From: Armatimonadia bacterium
GTDB taxonomy: Bacteria; Armatimonadota; Zipacnadia; Zipacnadales; UBA11051
Reading direction: 5' to 3'
Assembly: GCA_039683575.1 (NCBI GenBank)
Contig: JBDKRC010000094.1
Span: 1-19,541, forward strand
Length of the DNA: 19,541 bases
Positions 17,218 to 19,541 of this stretch are shown here, in pieces. Under the pieces are notes generated by a model that ran no database searches, was not told where the DNA came from, and saw nothing but the letters and a program-made list of their open reading frames with translations. The first letter of the stretch is position 1. Each line of letters starts with the position of its first letter. A program made the translations under genes and the position numbers.

Positions 17218-18588
17218 TTAGCGGGGTTTGGGGAGGGGGCCTAGTTCGATTTTGCCGATGAAGTTGCCGTGAGAGAGGGTGGGGGCGTTTGGTTCGGGGG
17301 CTTGTTCGAGCTTTTCGTAGACTACGTACAGGACATTGCCGAGGGCGGTGAGGTCCGCGTGGAAGTTGTACTTGCTGTCGTCCACGTAGCGGATGGTCTC
17401 GACGCCGGGGACGCGGGGGCTCAGGGTGGCGAGCATCAGAGCCGCATATCTGCCGGCGTAGCTCAAGTATGGGGAGTCGGAGCTGTAGACGAGATAGAGG
17501 TTGGGGCCGAGCTGCTGGCCCGCCGGCATGAAGCTGCGGCCGAGGTCCGCGAGCTTGCGGGCGCGGTGGAACATGGCGCCGTCGAACTGGACTGCCAGCA
17601 GAGGTTCGTAGTCCGGGCGGTCAGGGACGGGAGTGCGGTCGGAGTAGGCGACGAGGAGCTCTTCCGTAAAGACCGAGAGCGACGGGAAGGCGGCGTCCTC
17701 AGGCGTATCCGCGAAGACCGGGGCGGTGCCGGCGAGGGCCATGGTGTGAGGCGTCAAGCCGAAGCGCGCGCGGCCCTTTTCGTCCAGTTTCCCGACGAGC
17801 GCCCAGATCTGATCGCCATAGGATGCCATGGCTACGGCACCAGGAAGCGGAACCAGGTCGCCGACCCTCTGCTCTCCATGTGGATCGTAGTGCAGAAGCA
17901 TCGAGTTGCCATTGACGACGTAGAGAACGTAGAGCTGGTCGGCAAGAATTGCGACGTCGAGGCAGGTGAGGGGCTGATCGGCCTCGGCGGCGAGAAGCTC
18001 GCGAGTCCATACGACCGAGAAGTCGGCAGGGCGCAGGCAGGAGAGATACAGATCACGGGCGTGGGTTTCGACCACATAGAGCGCGTCCTCGACGGCCCAC
18101 TTGTCCTCGTCTTTTTTGGCGTCGGGGTTCTTGACGTAGCGCCGCGTGCCAGCCGTGATCCGGGGAACGGACTGGTCGCGGTCGAAGGTGCCGAGGCGGG
18201 CGGTAGGCCAGAGGTTGAGCATCCCGACGCGACGGGCTTCGAGGGGCGCGGTGCGAAGGCGGAGTTTGGCCTGGAAGGGGCGGGCCTTGCGCCCGGGCGG
18301 CGGGGGCGGGGGCTCACCGAGAAGACGGAGGGTGAAGTCGTAATAGGTGCTGTGCTGCAGTCCGACGACAGTATAGGTCGGGCCGGGGAGATTTGTGGCG
18401 GTGACGAAACGGTCGCGCGGCCAGGAGCGGTGGCGATAGGTAAGCTCATACAGGCCCGGAGGACCGGTCCAGCGCAGGACGACCGAGGTGGGCTCGAGGC
18501 GCGCAACCTCGAGCGTCAGCCGGGTGGGGGTCTGAGGATGGCCCGCGGTGGAGCAGAGCAGGATTAGCAGCCACGCCGCCTTGTGCAT
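17218..18588 (-). CDS. Exported protein with N-terminal fibronectin type III domain and an unassigned beta-rich C-terminal region
   Basis: ATG at 18588, 2 nt after the upstream stop. Hydrophobic N-terminus. FN3 pattern TSVVLRW...YELTY...YTVVGLQHSTYYDFTL, then a poly-Pro linker. Confidence 0.7.
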   Translation of the reverse strand: MHKAAWLLILLCSTAGHPQTPTRLTLEVARLEPTSVVLRWTGPPGLYELTYRHRSWPRDRFVTATNLPGPTYTVVGLQHSTYYDFTLRLLGEPPPPPPGRKARPFQAKLRLRTAPLEARRVGMLNLWPTARLGTFDRDQSVPRITAGTRRYVKNPDAKKDEDKWAVEDALYVVETHARDLYLSCLRPADFSVVWTRELLAAEADQPLTCLDVAILADQLYVLYVVNGNSMLLHYDPHGEQRVGDLVPLPGAVAMASYGDQIWALVGKLDEKGRARFGLTPHTMALAGTAPVFADTPEDAAFPSLSVFTEELLVAYSDRTPVPDRPDYEPLLAVQFDGAMFHRARKLADLGRSFMPAGQQLGPNLYLVYSSDSPYLSYAGRYAALMLATLSPRVPGVETIRYVDDSKYNFHADLTALGNVLYVVYEKLEQAPEPNAPTLSHGNFIGKIELGPLPKPR

Positions 18589-18590
18589 GG

Positions 18591-18899
18591 TCAGAGGGAC
18601 CTGATGGTGATGGTGTACTTGCCGGGCGGGAGGGTCACTTCGAGAGTCTGTGCCTGCTTGTTGTACGAGACGTCGGTTTTCTGTTGAAGGCCGGTGAGGC
18701 TGATGAGGCCGGGGGTTACCGGGCACCAGAGCTTCACGGTGGCGGCCTGAGTGAGTTCGAGTTGCGCCTGGTAGGTGTTCCCGGCGAGGCGCAGGCCGAC
18801 GCTTACGGGGGCAGAGGACTGAGTCAGCGGTGCGGAAGCCTGGGCCAGCAAGGGCGAGGCGAGAACCAGAAGGATGAGTGCGAGGCAGATCGGTCTCAT
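18591..18899 (-). CDS. Small secreted hypothetical protein
   Basis: GGAG RBS, signal peptide MRPICLALILLVLASPLLA, beta-strand-rich mature region, codon usage typical of neighbouring genes. Confidence 0.75.
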   Translation of the reverse strand: MRPICLALILLVLASPLLAQASAPLTQSSAPVSVGLRLAGNTYQAQLELTQAATVKLWCPVTPGLISLTGLQQKTDVSYNKQAQTLEVTLPPGKYTITIRSL

Positions 18900-18926
18900 T
18901 GGCAGGCTCCGGAAGATGGTTGCAGC

Positions 18927-18987
18927 GTCGGTAATAACGACCGGCGGGGTACGAGCCCCCTGCGACGCAGACGTCGCTACGCCCTAC
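18927..18987 (-). repeat. Family C REP-like element with a 20-bp nested hairpin insertion
   Basis: gtcggtaataacgaccggcggggtacgagccccc[tgcgacgcagacgtcgctac]gccctac. Confidence 0.85.
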
Positions 18988-19036
18988 GGCGAGGCGGCTG
19001 ACGCCGTCTCGAAAGAGAGTGTGGACTGTCCACACG

Positions 19037-19470
19037 CTATTTCGTCTCGGGCGCGTCGGGTTCCTGCAGGCGGGCGATTTCGGTGACGGCGAACTTCAGG
19101 GCCTCGGCTTTGGTGTGGACCACTTCGTCGGCGTGGGCGTCTTCCACGGCGGCGAGGACCTGGCCGAACCACGGGGCGGGCTGGTAGCCGGCCTCGATGA
19201 GGTCCTGACCGCTTAGCAGGGGCTTGAGTGGCTGAGTGTTGCGCCAGTGCAGGTAGCGAGTGAGCATCTCGTCGAGCACCGGGGCGAGTCTGGCGTGGTA
19301 GTCGCCGGCGGTGGCGGGGCCGCGACAGCCGCTGGCGTCGGCGAGAGCCAGCAGCAGCAGGCCGATCCCGTCTGGATGGGTCTCGCGGAAGAGGCGGCGC
19401 AGGGCGCTCACTGTGATCTCCTGCGGCTCATGGCCGGGCTGAGGGAGGCGGAGGTTGGCCAGTTGCAGGG
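19037..19470 (-). CDS. C-terminal part of a CCA tRNA nucleotidyltransferase / poly(A) polymerase-HD family protein
   Basis: ALRRLFRE...LLLLALAD...LKPLLSGQDLIEAGYQPAPWFGQVLAAVEDA...TKAEAL is a typical C-terminus. The frame stays open to the window end but stops looking like this family above ~19470. Confidence 0.8.
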
Positions 19471-19541
19471 CGCGCTGGGGCAGATTCTCGTCGCGTCGCT
19501 CATCTCGCTGCCGGCGGGCATTACGATCGCGCGGGTGATGG
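19469..19541 (+). other. Internal fragment resembling a NupC/CNT nucleoside transporter (probable chimeric junction)
   Basis: Plus frame reads GALGQILVASLISLPAGITIARVM, resembling the CNT motif 'LL.AS..S.PA....A.IM'. No start or N-terminal part is present. Confidence 0.5.

Noticed and set aside
16842-17244. ORFs with repeated MGTDP motifs on both strands
   Set aside because: They are translations of the 102-bp palindromic repeat and overlap a promoter.
2515-18987. Integron attC cassette array (co-oriented genes, TAAC-containing repeats)
   Set aside because: No RYYYAAC...GTTRRRY paired cores and no integrase. The genes are housekeeping or operonic with their own promoters.

Overview
High-GC bacterial chromosomal window with about 15 genes, mostly on the minus strand: aldo/keto reductase (5'-truncated), a secreted CBM11-like/SGNH hydrolase, a large secreted CBM9-like/DUF4091 (GH123-like) protein broken by a single +1 frameshift, rsmI, a membrane-anchored SurA/PpiC/TPR foldase, an AmmeMemoRadiSam B (MEMO1) protein, a glucuronokinase-like GHMP kinase + GT4 + priming sugar-transferase cluster, a Gfo/Idh/MocA - TIM-barrel isomerase - small CXXC protein - membrane polyferredoxin operon, two secreted hypothetical proteins, and the 3' part of a CCA/HD nucleotidyltransferase. 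The most striking feature is non-coding. Almost every larger intergenic space holds REP-like palindromes from several families. Two families share a common 15-nt tail and the tailed copies all point the same way. Three different host palindrome types carry a nested ~20-bp hairpin with an invariant CG-CAGA-CG loop. Gene ends next to the repeat clusters show strong plus-strand C depletion. No transposase/RAYT gene is present in the window. The last ~70 bp look like a chimeric junction with a nucleoside-transporter fragment. All calls come from motif recognition by eye, not database searches.
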